A DNA stretch of 64,000 nucleotides, taken from Alphaproteobacteria bacterium (GTDB lineage: Bacteria > Pseudomonadota > Alphaproteobacteria > Rickettsiales > SXRF01). Where the stretch lies: assembly GCA_046344715.1 (NCBI GenBank), contig JBKDKX010000016.1:4194-68193 (forward strand). The letters are read 5' to 3'. This document shows, in pieces, positions 20,889-29,938 of the stretch. The notes under the pieces were generated by a model that searched no databases, was not told the origin of the DNA, and saw only the letters and a program-made list of their open reading frames with translations. The translations under genes and the position numbers were made by a program. Numbering within the stretch: position 1 is the stretch's first letter; each line of letters opens with the position of its first letter.

Positions 20889-21185
20889 TTATTCCACGCG
20901 CTTAAATAAATCTTCGAGCTCGGCTACTTTTTCGGCACGGCTTTTCTTTTTGTCGAGCTTTACTACTTCTTCAAGTGCGACTTCAACATATGCCTTGAAG
21001 ACCCTGTGTTCTACAGATTTTACTGCAGAGTGAATGGCACGACATTGAATAAGAATATCCTGCAATTTGCGGCCTTCAGAAAGCATTTTCTGGATACCTT
21101 CCACTTGACCGATAACGCGGTTTAAGCGTTTCACTTCATCGCTGGCGTCAATGAGTGAATATTCCACTTTGCGCTTGCTTTTCAT
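20889..21185 (-). CDS. CsoR/RcnR/FrmR-family metal-sensing transcriptional repressor
   Basis: KRLNRVIGQVEGIQKML...QCRAIHSAV matches the DUF156 pattern. Confidence 0.7.
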   Translation of the reverse strand: MKSKRKVEYSLIDASDEVKRLNRVIGQVEGIQKMLSEGRKLQDILIQCRAIHSAVKSVEHRVFKAYVEVALEEVVKLDKKKSRAEKVAELEDLFKRVE

Positions 21186-21330
21186 ATATACCCCCTAGGC
21201 TTGAAAATTTTACCCTGTATACGGTATATTTTTTCTGGCGACAACAAAATATCCAAATTCAAAATTAATATTCAGAAAAGCATCAATAATTAAAGTAGAA
21301 ATTTTCTTAGCCACGCTATAGTGTACGCAT

Positions 21331-22626
21331 ATGACCGCACTTTCCTATCTTCCTCAAGTCAAAGAACAATACGAACATTTTCCCTATCCACCGCGGAAAC
21401 CGGAAGATGAACGAAAGTACATTCGTGCAACGGTTACAGAGTGCCTTGATGCACTGAATCACCATGCTTTTGGTGGCGTGAAGAATTTTCATAAGGACTT
21501 TCGTGCGCTGGTCGCTGGTGGCGGCACGGGCGATAGTTTGATTTGCCTTGCCGAGCAATTGCGCGATAGCAGTGCGCGTATTGTATATCTGGATATGAGC
21601 AAGGCATCTATGAAAGTGGCGCAGGAGCGTGCAAAGGTACGTGACCTTACCAATATTGAATGGATAAATGCATCATTGCTGGATTTGCCGAAGATGGATT
21701 TGGGGGAATTTGATTACATTAATTGCTCCGGTGTGCTGCATCATCTGGAAAGTCCGGAGGCTGGGCTTCACGCGTTATGTAGCGTGTTGGCATCAGGTGG
21801 TGCCATGGGTATCATGCTCTATGGCAAGGTGGGGCGTACGGCCATTTACCATATGCAGGATATGTTAAAACTGCTGGCCGGCAGTGAAGATGATAGCAGC
21901 CGACTGGATGTGTGTAAGCGCATGCTTTCTGATTTGCCGGAGTCTAACTGGTTCAATCATTCGAAGAACTGGTTTTATGATTATAAAAACGGTGATGCCG
22001 CGCTTTATGATTTGCTGCTGCACACGCAGGACAGGGCATACTCTATTCCAGAGCTATATGATTTTATTGAAGGGGCAGGGCTTAATATTGCTACATTTGC
22101 TGGGTTTAATCCGTGTGTGCCGCAGCATTATGTAAAAGATCCCCAGATACTTGCCCGTATTAACGCCATGCCACCAAAGCAGCAATATGCTATTGGAGAA
22201 TTACTGGCTGGAACTGCAAAAACACACGTGTTTTATGCGGTTCGTGAGGCAGTAAAAGCACCATCAGCAGATGAACTCGATATGGTGCCTGTGATGGCGA
22301 TTGGTAATCCAAGCGAGATATATGAGGGGCTGTATAACATTGCAAAGAGTGAAGCCAAAGGCATCATATGCAAAACCGAAAACCGTGTTATCCGCGTGCC
22401 GCACCACCCACATCTTGCTTCGGTGCTAAAATTCATGGATGGCAAGCGTTCGCTGCGTGAGATTTATAAACAGGCAATGTTACTTGGTAAATCTGGCCGC
22501 TCAGAATTGCAGGAAGCGTTTAAACTCATGTATTCCATATTAGAACCAGCGCAGATTATGTTTATGCGCCATAAGGATGTGCCGCCATATAAAACTACAC
22601 AAGAAATGCAGGCGCGCTTCAAGTAG
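21331..22626 (+). CDS. Class I SAM-dependent methyltransferase with a C-terminal domain of unknown function
   Basis: Motif I LVAGGGTGDS, followed by YLDMS and CSGVLHHL. Confidence 0.7.
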   Translation: MTALSYLPQVKEQYEHFPYPPRKPEDERKYIRATVTECLDALNHHAFGGVKNFHKDFRALVAGGGTGDSLICLAEQLRDSSARIVYLDMSKASMKVAQERAKVRDLTNIEWINASLLDLPKMDLGEFDYINCSGVLHHLESPEAGLHALCSVLASGGAMGIMLYGKVGRTAIYHMQDMLKLLAGSEDDSSRLDVCKRMLSDLPESNWFNHSKNWFYDYKNGDAALYDLLLHTQDRAYSIPELYDFIEGAGLNIATFAGFNPCVPQHYVKDPQILARINAMPPKQQYAIGELLAGTAKTHVFYAVREAVKAPSADELDMVPVMAIGNPSEIYEGLYNIAKSEAKGIICKTENRVIRVPHHPHLASVLKFMDGKRSLREIYKQAMLLGKSGRSELQEAFKLMYSILEPAQIMFMRHKDVPPYKTTQEMQARFK

Positions 22627-23130
22627 CTATTTTTTCTCAAACAGTGTCAGGTATTTATCATAGCCTTCCAGTTGAAGTTCTGCTTTAGGAATAAAGCGTA
22701 ACGCCGCGGAATTAATGCAATAACGCTTGCCGCCCTTATCTTTCGGGCCATCATCAAACACATGCCCCAGATGCGCGCCGGAATCAGCGGATTTTACTTC
22801 CGTGCGGGTCATGCCGTGTGAGGTATCGGTGTGGTTGGTTACAAAATTGGCATCAATCGGCTGGGTAAAGCTCGGCCAGCCGGTGCCGGAATCAAACTTA
22901 TCGGTGGAAGAAAATAGCGGCTTGCCGGAAACCACATCCACATAAATGCCTTCGGCCTTATTATCCCAATAGGCATTCTGGAAAGGTTTTTCTGTGCCGC
23001 CGTGAATAACATAGAGCTGGTGTTCGGTAAGATTCGGGTTGGTTTTCATGGCGGATTCCTTTAGTTCGGATGCAAAGCCATAGCATGGCGTGGTTAGGGA
23101 TAATATCAATAATAATACTCTATATTTCAT
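22627..23130 (-). CDS. msrB: Peptide-methionine (R)-S-oxide reductase, exported
   Basis: Signal peptide, [17 protein letters not shown] and RYCINS. Confidence 0.9.
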   Translation of the reverse strand: MKYRVLLLILSLTTPCYGFASELKESAMKTNPNLTEHQLYVIHGGTEKPFQNAYWDNKAEGIYVDVVSGKPLFSSTDKFDSGTGWPSFTQPIDANFVTNHTDTSHGMTRTEVKSADSGAHLGHVFDDGPKDKGGKRYCINSAALRFIPKAELQLEGYDKYLTLFEKK

Positions 23131-23266
23131 GTAAACACCCCATCATATACTTTCTGGTATGGTGTTCGCATGAAATCACCAAAAAGTTACACGCTTCCAC
23201 CTTGATTATGTGAATATGTAGCCTATATGGTGAAGCAGTACCCATTCACACAAAAGGAAACGTATT

Positions 23267-23794
23267 ATGATTTCTCTCTATAACGCCTCAATCCCTTGCC
23301 TTATCCATAACTTACAGAATCTCTCAGAGATTCTCAAAAAAGGTACGGATTATGCAGCGGAAAAGAAATTTGACCCAGCCGTGCTGGTGAATGCGCGCTT
23401 AGCACCGGATATGTTTCCGCTATCCAAACAAGTACAGATCGCAACCGATATTGCTAAGGGATTCGCAGCTCGCATTTCTGGTGTAGAGAATCCAAAATTT
23501 GAAGATAACGAGACGAGTTTTGAGCAGTTGCAGGCGCGCATTGCCAAAACCATCACCTTCCTAAAGTCGGTTGATGAAAAGAAAGTAAATGGTCAGGAAG
23601 CACGCGTAATTGAGCTTAAAGTGGGTGGTCTTGAACTGAAATTCAACGGGCTGGATTATCTGTTGCACTTCGTCATTCCGAATGTATATTTCCACATCAC
23701 CACAACCTATGCCATTTTGCGCCATAACGGCGTGGCGGTTGGCAAGAATGATTTCCTTGGGGAAATCCAGCCGCAGCAGAAAAAAGCGGCGTAA
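23267..23794 (+). CDS. DUF1993 family protein
   Basis: ARLAPDMFPLSKQVQIATD matches the family pattern. Confidence 0.65.
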   Translation: MISLYNASIPCLIHNLQNLSEILKKGTDYAAEKKFDPAVLVNARLAPDMFPLSKQVQIATDIAKGFAARISGVENPKFEDNETSFEQLQARIAKTITFLKSVDEKKVNGQEARVIELKVGGLELKFNGLDYLLHFVIPNVYFHITTTYAILRHNGVAVGKNDFLGEIQPQQKKAA

Positions 23795-23811
23795 TTTATT
23801 GCGCATCCATT

Positions 23812-23845
23812 AAAAAAAGGCCGCCTTGTGCGGCCTTTTTCTTTT
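23812..23845. terminator. Bidirectional rho-independent terminator
   Basis: Stem GGCCGC/GCGGCC flanked by A and T runs, between convergent genes. Confidence 0.6.
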
Positions 23846-23859
23846 GTTGAAGTGGGCAG

Positions 23860-24045
23860 TTACTCCTCATCCTTTTCGCGCTTGTGCCCATCAAGATGTT
23901 TTGACGCTTTTTCGGATTCTTTTTCGGTTTGCTTTTTTTCAGCTTTTGTGCGGCCAAATAGCATACGGTTTTGCTCTGCCTGCTTTTCTTTTTTGCTGCG
24001 TGTCTTATTCTTACGCGCCTGACGAAGGTTGATAATCTCGCTCAT
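23860..24045 (-). CDS. DUF4169 family small basic protein
   Basis: MSEIINLRQARKNKTRSKKEKQAEQNRMLFGRTKAEK matches the pattern common in alphaproteobacteria. Confidence 0.55.
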   Translation of the reverse strand: MSEIINLRQARKNKTRSKKEKQAEQNRMLFGRTKAEKKQTEKESEKASKHLDGHKREKDEE

Positions 24046-24066
24046 AATTGCTCCTGAAAGTTCTGC

Positions 24067-24690
24067 TTATGCCTTGGGGAGTTTCCACTGGTAACGGTAT
24101 GCTATCAATCGCAAAATCAATCCGCTTGTAAAAATACCAAGCAGTCCCAGCGAAGTCACTGTGTAATGCATGTTCAGCAGATAAATAGCAATGGCAACCA
24201 GAATAGCGATGCTGCCGTAAAACCCGCTATGCAGCACGTCGGGTATCTCATTCACCAGTATATCGCGCAATATACCACCGCCGGCGGCGGTCAGGAATGC
24301 CAGTGTGATAAAGCCGAAGAATGGCGCGTTTATCATGAGTGCCACCAGTGCGCCCGTAATGGCGAACGCCACAAGCCCCACCGCATCGCATATTACAAAA
24401 AACCATTGCGCTTCCAAATCATCTTTAAGCCTGAGTTTGAAGGCATTGCCAAGCAGCGTAACGGCCAGCGCAATCAGGAAAGGTTCATTGCTCAGCAGCA
24501 CCACCGGCGGGCGATCAGCCAGAATATCCCTTAGGATACCGCCGCCATTAGCGGTGAGGAAGGAGAGGATGAACAGCCCCATCCAGTCGAGGTTTTTCTT
24601 TTTTCCCACAAGGAATCCGGATAAGGCAAATGCAATACCGCCTACCAGCGAGGAAAAATACATCGCCTGCGACCATATCAATTCTTCCAT
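24067..24690 (-). CDS. Trimeric intracellular cation channel-like membrane protein (UPF0126, YadS/YicG family)
   Basis: The GGGILRD motif occurs twice; the protein is polytopic. Confidence 0.8.
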   Translation of the reverse strand: MEELIWSQAMYFSSLVGGIAFALSGFLVGKKKNLDWMGLFILSFLTANGGGILRDILADRPPVVLLSNEPFLIALAVTLLGNAFKLRLKDDLEAQWFFVICDAVGLVAFAITGALVALMINAPFFGFITLAFLTAAGGGILRDILVNEIPDVLHSGFYGSIAILVAIAIYLLNMHYTVTSLGLLGIFTSGLILRLIAYRYQWKLPKA

Positions 24691-24708
24691 GCAAGTTCCT
24701 GTGATTGG

Positions 24709-25653
24709 CTATTTCAGCAATATATCCGTGATCTCGCGCATTTGCGTACGGGCGCGCATCAGGTAAAATCCTTGGCTGGTAAGGTGATTGGCGAGAATCG
24801 TGCTATCCGGATTAAAATTGAGCACAAAGAAATGGCCAAACGACATGCCGATGCGCAGCGATTCAAGCATTTTATCCCATGAAGATTTGAGCTGGCGCTC
24901 ATTGATGACCGGCGCAAAATCTTTTTCCAGTGCTTTAAGCAGCATGTAATTTCCATACATACGCCCTTTGGTGTAATAAAACAGCTCCCCGGCAGAACCA
25001 AAAGAAGATTTTGATTCGCCCTCTACATAATGCGTGATTTCAGCAGAAGAAGAACCAAGATCCGCCGCCATGCGGTTTAATGCTTCCAGCAGATTATCGG
25101 AGCGCTTTTCAAAAATAGCCTCGCCCTTGCCAAGGCGTGTATTGTAGCGCATCAGCGCTTCCATGCCCGCGCGATACTGTGTAGCGCTGGATGCGGTGGG
25201 AAGCCATGAGGTGGAAAAATCCCACATCCATACATAAGGCGAATAGTTGAAAAGACCGTTGGCTTTCTGCACATCTTCATCGGTGCCGCTTGATCCGCGT
25301 GTGCGGGCAATCTGGTCAGATAGCTCAATAGTGAAGCGTGCAATAGAGGCCATGATACCGCGTTGGAACGCTGGCATACGGGTGAGGGCTGCGCCCGGGT
25401 AAAAGAAAGGGTCGCTGGATGTCCAGTGGTTTAGGTTGATTTCACGGTCAACCAGCGCAATGGCCGTGGCTACGGATTCGCTGCCATTTTCAACACGGTA
25501 TTTTTCAATAGTATAGTCAGGTGAATCCTCAATTTCATGCACCCAGACCATACCCACTGGATAATACACCAGTAAAACCAGCAAGGTTGCAACGCCAATC
25601 ACATAAGCGACATATCGCGGCAGTGATTTCAGCTTTTGTATAACATTCTGCAT
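24709..25653 (-). CDS. Membrane-anchored hypothetical protein (possibly DUF2333)
   Basis: One N-terminal TM helix plus a soluble domain. The family assignment is from memory only. Confidence 0.4.
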   Translation of the reverse strand: MQNVIQKLKSLPRYVAYVIGVATLLVLLVYYPVGMVWVHEIEDSPDYTIEKYRVENGSESVATAIALVDREINLNHWTSSDPFFYPGAALTRMPAFQRGIMASIARFTIELSDQIARTRGSSGTDEDVQKANGLFNYSPYVWMWDFSTSWLPTASSATQYRAGMEALMRYNTRLGKGEAIFEKRSDNLLEALNRMAADLGSSSAEITHYVEGESKSSFGSAGELFYYTKGRMYGNYMLLKALEKDFAPVINERQLKSSWDKMLESLRIGMSFGHFFVLNFNPDSTILANHLTSQGFYLMRARTQMREITDILLK

Positions 25654-25756
25654 GGAACAGATATAAACTAACCCAGTGATAGGGCAAGGGGGAAACGAAG
25701 TTTGGTGGTGTAGCTAAGCGGGATAAGATCAAGTCTGTTTGGTGAATTATTATTAG

Positions 25757-27235
25757 CTATGCAACTGATTGGAGTTGCGTTTTCCCAAAAGCATTGACGA
25801 TTTCATCTAAAAGAGCTGCAAAAGCAGCAAAATTTTCTTTTGTTTGGTTTTCACTTTTACGAACAAACTTTCTTAGCCCTTCCTTACCCTTTGCTCTTAA
25901 AGATTCATCAAACAGGTCTTCGATAGTTTTATTGTCTTCATCAGATATATACATGACTACTATATCATTTTTTGTGATTTTGTTTTTTAGCTCTGGGTCA
26001 TCGATTATTATTTGTGCATATTTCTTTCCATTATCAGTGTCAAACAAGGCAATGCTTTTGCTGTGACCAAAAGGAATTTTTATAAATTTAGGTATTGTTG
26101 ACGCACTGGTGCAAGGAAAAATATGTATTGGCTTAAAATCTTCTTTTCTTTCTAAAGCTCTAATAGCAATATTAATATATTCTGCGTCAATTCTGCCCTC
26201 AGTAAATACCACAAAACTTTTTTTGTTTTTTACCAAGAATTCTGCTTCTTCTGCCAACTGGTTTATATCTAATAAGCCGCTTGAAAGAACCTGAATAATT
26301 TCGCGATACTCTATATCTTTATCAATCTGCCCATCAGACATCCATACTATATCAGCTCCTAAATCTTTCCCAAAAGCCACAGTTGATGGATTATGAGTGG
26401 TCATGATTACTTGAACGCCTAAATCAACGAAATATTCTTTAATTACAGCGATAAATTTTTCGGCAATAGATGGGTTTAAATGAGCATCAAACTCATCAAC
26501 TAACAACACATCTGTTTTTTGGCGGCTAGAGTTTCCCCAAGTCCACAAAGCGAGCGCAAAAGCACCCCTCTCTCCAGAAGACAAATCCTTCATGTCTAAC
26601 CCAGTTTCATCAAGCTTGGATGGTAAAAATCTTAGGAATTTTAACCCGGACGCTAAATACATCCTGTCAACACGAATCAAAAGGCCAAAAGAATGCAATA
26701 TACGATCTATTCTATCCCATGGCTGTTCATCGTCTTTATTAGCTGGCAACAGATCATTTATATTAAACGTTTGCTGGTACGCCTCCGCTTTATCAAGCTC
26801 TTTTCTAAGGGCTGATATATTATTTTGAAATTTTATCCGTTCTTCAATAATCCCGTGAATTATTGAGTAATCTAATTGGCTAAAGAGTTTATTCGCGTTG
26901 AACCAAGTTTTATCATTAGTCAAATCCTGAGAGGTGTTATTCTCCTTATGAACTGCAATACACTTCTCATCACTATTTTCTAGTTTGTGTGTAAAGCCGT
27001 TTGCGATTTCATTCGCATATTTTTTATCGGGAGAGCGATAATTTACATCAATGTATCTAATTAGGTTTTTGCTCTGATACTCTTTTGAGCCATGAATATA
27101 GTCCAGCAGCTTTGTTTTTCCGCTGCCATTTATACCAGTAATGATTGAAAAAGGCTGAATTTCTTGCCATGCAAAATCTTTGTCAGCAAAGAAACCTTTG
27201 TCATCTGTAATTTTAATTTCTGAAATTTTGACCAT
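25757..27235 (-). CDS. ABC-type ATPase fused to a TOPRIM/DUF4435-like domain (OLD-family or fused PARIS-like defence candidate)
   Basis: Walker A GINGSGKT, signature LSSGER, Walker B LLVDEFDAHL and H-loop TTHNP. The C-terminal part has FTEGRIDAEY (TOPRIM Glu) and LFDTDNG (DxD). The gene is visibly more AT-rich than its flanks. Confidence 0.75.
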   Translation of the reverse strand: MVKISEIKITDDKGFFADKDFAWQEIQPFSIITGINGSGKTKLLDYIHGSKEYQSKNLIRYIDVNYRSPDKKYANEIANGFTHKLENSDEKCIAVHKENNTSQDLTNDKTWFNANKLFSQLDYSIIHGIIEERIKFQNNISALRKELDKAEAYQQTFNINDLLPANKDDEQPWDRIDRILHSFGLLIRVDRMYLASGLKFLRFLPSKLDETGLDMKDLSSGERGAFALALWTWGNSSRQKTDVLLVDEFDAHLNPSIAEKFIAVIKEYFVDLGVQVIMTTHNPSTVAFGKDLGADIVWMSDGQIDKDIEYREIIQVLSSGLLDINQLAEEAEFLVKNKKSFVVFTEGRIDAEYINIAIRALERKEDFKPIHIFPCTSASTIPKFIKIPFGHSKSIALFDTDNGKKYAQIIIDDPELKNKITKNDIVVMYISDEDNKTIEDLFDESLRAKGKEGLRKFVRKSENQTKENFAAFAALLDEIVNAFGKTQLQSVA

Positions 27236-27304
27236 AGCGAAATTAAACCATCTAATTCTTAGAATTTATAACAGAAAGCTGCTCGAAAACAAACTGTGTC
27301 AAAA

Positions 27305-27320
27305 TGGAGCATAGGAGAGT
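27305..27320. repeat. Distal att-like direct repeat, a copy of the tRNA-Ala 3' end
   Basis: TGGAGCATAGGAGAGT is identical to 40162-40177 inside the tRNA-Ala gene. Confidence 0.6.
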
Positions 27321-27453
27321 GATTCGCGGTGTTTTAACACCGCTCACCCTTCGGGCGTGCTTCGCACGTCCAAGCTTTGTCTCGGCTGCGCCTCGCAAAG
27401 TCTTGTCGAACTCTACTCGTTCGACTGCCTATATTTCCGCACCATTAAAAATG

Positions 27454-27510
27454 GCCGCGCAAGGCGGCTTTTTTAAATGGTGGTCGGTAGCGGACTGGAT
27501 TCGAACTGTT
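27454..27510 (-). other. Orphan tRNA-like 3' fragment followed by a terminator hairpin
   Basis: The minus strand reads TTCGAATCCAGTCCGCTACCGACCA, then GCCGCCTTGCGCGGC plus a T-run. The 5' half of the T stem and the rest of a tRNA are missing. Confidence 0.35.
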
Positions 27511-27623
27511 CGGACAAATTATTAGAAGCAATTCAACGCTCCAGCAAGTTGTTCGACTCCGTTATAGACAGTGGTGTAACGAACCAAAATTCGGCATCTT
27601 TTTCGGTAGCGGCGTGATGCGAA

Positions 27624-27851
27624 TTATCGCTGCTGCTCCCAGTCCCCAATGTCGGGTGAAATATCGAGGCTTCCGAGGTCAGTGCCGTCGGATGGCATGA
27701 ATGTATGACCACCGGCCACATCATCAGATGCTGATGCGGGTGTTGGATATGAACCGAGGCCTTGGCCATCATAAACGACCTGCCAGCGACCACTTTTTTC
27801 GGGGACGATGCTTACCGCGCCTTTGCGGGTCTGAAAAATATACACGGCCAT
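27624..27851 (-). CDS. Small hypothetical protein downstream of RT-TOPRIM
   Basis: A 75-codon ORF with an AGGA RBS 7 nt upstream of the ATG. Confidence 0.3.
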   Translation of the reverse strand: MAVYIFQTRKGAVSIVPEKSGRWQVVYDGQGLGSYPTPASASDDVAGGHTFMPSDGTDLGSLDISPDIGDWEQQR

Positions 27852-27899
27852 ATCGATTCCTATCTGATGATGCAGGAAGGATAGCACGCGCCATTTATA

Positions 27900-29297
27900 T
27901 CAGGAAGAGAGGCTTTTTACAGGAACTGCCGCTGCTGGTTTGGGTGTCGTCTTATAGTAAGACTCAATGATATGGGACATGGTTTCTAAAACCGGCTTGA
28001 AATTTAGGAAGTCTATTGAGTCCTGCGTCTGACGCACAATTTTTGTTGCCAATACCTGTTTTGAGTAATGCTTTTGGTTATCGAATTTTTTGCCGTTCTC
28101 CGCTGAGAAAGTTTTACCTTCCAGCACAGTTGCGGTGACCGATGGATTAAAGAAATCTTCAATTTTATTTTTCACCGTGTCTGTCGGCTTAGGCAATAGC
28201 ATGACGTATAAATTGGAAATGACGTGATATACGAAATTGCTATTCTGATCGTAGGTAACGCCATCTTTTTTGAAATTATTGCTCAGGAGGTCTATCACCT
28301 TTTTGGCTTCGTCATCATTATCCAGCAGAACAATCACGGGATGTGATCGAGTCTGAAATTTGAATGTCGTGCTTTTCGTATAATGTTCAATGAAGTTTTT
28401 TTGTGCCGGGGCTCCATCATGGATTCTCATTACTTCACTGACTCGCCGCGTAAATGGGAAGAAATCGACTGCATGTGGGAATGTGAATGCATTCTTCTTC
28501 GCTAACTGCTTGATGGCAGCTTTGAGGTAGATATTGTCGGTCTTGCCTTCGCATAAAATGAGTGGCCGTTCCAGCGCCACAAAATAGCGAAAATAGAGGA
28601 ATTTAGAATACAGTTCTGTTGCTGCATCCAGTTTAGGCCGTTCTTTGCCCTTTGCATTTTCCATCACTTTTTTACGGAGAGTGAGTTCATCTGTAGTGCG
28701 GCTGAATTCTTTAATGAAGTGAATGTGACTCAGGATGCCTTCGAGTTGTCTGAGAGATGTAGGTTTGTCGCTGCCGGGACGGAAGAAAGAACCCAGCGTG
28801 AATAGCGCATGACACATCGAGCGTGCGTAACGGTAATACTCGCTTTTTATGTTCACTTTTCTATTAACGACGAGGCCTGTAACCATCTGCCGGGATGGGC
28901 GAAACTGGAGGCGTGTTTTCGCCGGATTTATATTGAAACCAGAGTGTTTGATAATGCCTTCGATTTCGCTGCTAACCATCCATTGATTGGGCTTATCGGA
29001 TGGCGTAGCTAGTTTTTCAGGGAATGCCTTCTGATTCGTGGAAAATGTAATGTCATCTGCATAGCGCGAGTATGTGCAGCCATATTTTTTTGCCCGTTGT
29101 GTTAGGCGGACATCGAGAATATGCGTGATGAGATTTGTGATGACTGGTGAGCATGGACTACCTTGCGGCAGTTCATTTTGATGACATGTGACGGTCAAGA
29201 AAAACGCTTTGCAAGGCTTGCTGGCTGGTTGTTGGTTGCCCCGCAATAGTAAGCTGCGGTTTCTCGACATAGCGGTCTGTGCCACTGCATGCGCCAA
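27900..29297 (-). CDS. Reverse transcriptase-TOPRIM fusion, 5'-truncated (probable remnant)
   Basis: RT motif B LPQGSPCSP and motif C YADDITF are present, with a C-terminal TOPRIM (LCEGKTDN, LLDNDDE). The frame opens only ~45 aa before LPQG. An in-frame stop lies at 29307-29309, so the finger motifs and the motif A Asp are absent. Confidence 0.7.
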   Translation of the reverse strand: MAHAVAQTAMSRNRSLLLRGNQQPASKPCKAFFLTVTCHQNELPQGSPCSPVITNLITHILDVRLTQRAKKYGCTYSRYADDITFSTNQKAFPEKLATPSDKPNQWMVSSEIEGIIKHSGFNINPAKTRLQFRPSRQMVTGLVVNRKVNIKSEYYRYARSMCHALFTLGSFFRPGSDKPTSLRQLEGILSHIHFIKEFSRTTDELTLRKKVMENAKGKERPKLDAATELYSKFLYFRYFVALERPLILCEGKTDNIYLKAAIKQLAKKNAFTFPHAVDFFPFTRRVSEVMRIHDGAPAQKNFIEHYTKSTTFKFQTRSHPVIVLLDNDDEAKKVIDLLSNNFKKDGVTYDQNSNFVYHVISNLYVMLLPKPTDTVKNKIEDFFNPSVTATVLEGKTFSAENGKKFDNQKHYSKQVLATKIVRQTQDSIDFLNFKPVLETMSHIIESYYKTTPKPAAAVPVKSLSS

Positions 29298-29339
29298 GAG
29301 GTGCGATTAGTAAGAATGATGCCCATTTTTGATACTGTT

Positions 29340-29771
29340 TCATTGGGATACCCTCACTTCTATCGTTTGAGATTCTTTGACTTCAATTTTCCCTTCATCA
29401 AATGTTGGAGCACGGAAGCTGGGACGAATATTGTTTGATACGCCCCAATCTTCGGTGGGCATGCCTACAAAATTGGTATCAGTAGTTTTGTTTCCGTTGA
29501 GATCATGTGCAACTGCAACAGCATATGTTCCGGGTTGAATATTTTCGAATACACATTCAACACCGGATTGCTTTGCTGCAATCCACATCTGCTTCACGCT
29601 GCTTTCATTTTTCGGATTCATCGGGAATGTAGACGCTTCAGAGTGAAGCCCACATCCGATCATTCCATCGTTTGATTTTACGTCTTTGACGCTCACACGC
29701 AAATCAAGTGCATAGCAGGGCACGCTAAGTAGAGTGAAAGAGATGCCCATTAATACTAGTCTATTTTTCAT
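29340..29771 (-). CDS. DUF2141 family exported protein
   Basis: Signal peptide and the pattern GTYAVAVAHDLNGN..D.NF.GMPTE.WG.SNN. Confidence 0.7.
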   Translation of the reverse strand: MKNRLVLMGISFTLLSVPCYALDLRVSVKDVKSNDGMIGCGLHSEASTFPMNPKNESSVKQMWIAAKQSGVECVFENIQPGTYAVAVAHDLNGNKTTDTNFVGMPTEDWGVSNNIRPSFRAPTFDEGKIEVKESQTIEVRVSQ

Positions 29772-29938
29772 TGTATTTTCTCCTTTTGGTTGATTTGTAA
29801 TTTCATCTCATCAATCTGCTTTTGCAGATGATCGATACGCTCATGCACATAATCATGTGGCGAATAGTCACAGGCTTCTGCCCATGACGACATCCACGCG
29901 CTAAATTTTTGCATGCGTATTTTTAGGTTACTCAGCAT
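29768..29938 (-). CDS. Small coiled-coil ORF (56 aa), translationally coupled on both sides
   Basis: Its ATG lies inside the OMF stop region, and its TGA overlaps the DUF2141 ATG (ATGA). It is too short to appear in the ORF track. Confidence 0.4.
   Translation of the reverse strand: MLSNLKIRMQKFSAWMSSWAEACDYSPHDYVHERIDHLQKQIDEMKLQINQKEKIQ

Noticed and set aside
25700-25714. Third att copy (GTTTGGTGG) as a firm left boundary of an older island
   Set aside because: Only 9 bp match exactly, which is within chance expectation for a 64-kb window. It is mentioned only as a tentative hint in the ATPase-TOPRIM finding.
27481-27620. Complete tRNA or two-piece tmRNA gene on the minus strand
   Set aside because: Only a T-loop/acceptor/CCA-like 3' end is present. 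The 5' T-stem arm does not pair (AACAG versus CCAGT), no complementary acceptor 5' strand was found, and no tag-like reading frame could be seen. A covariance-model search is still needed.
27240-29340. Retron msr/msd ncRNA associated with the RT
   Set aside because: The region upstream of the RT, where msr/msd normally lies, has been replaced by the efflux operon. No a1/a2-type inverted repeats flanking a conserved G were identified by eye.
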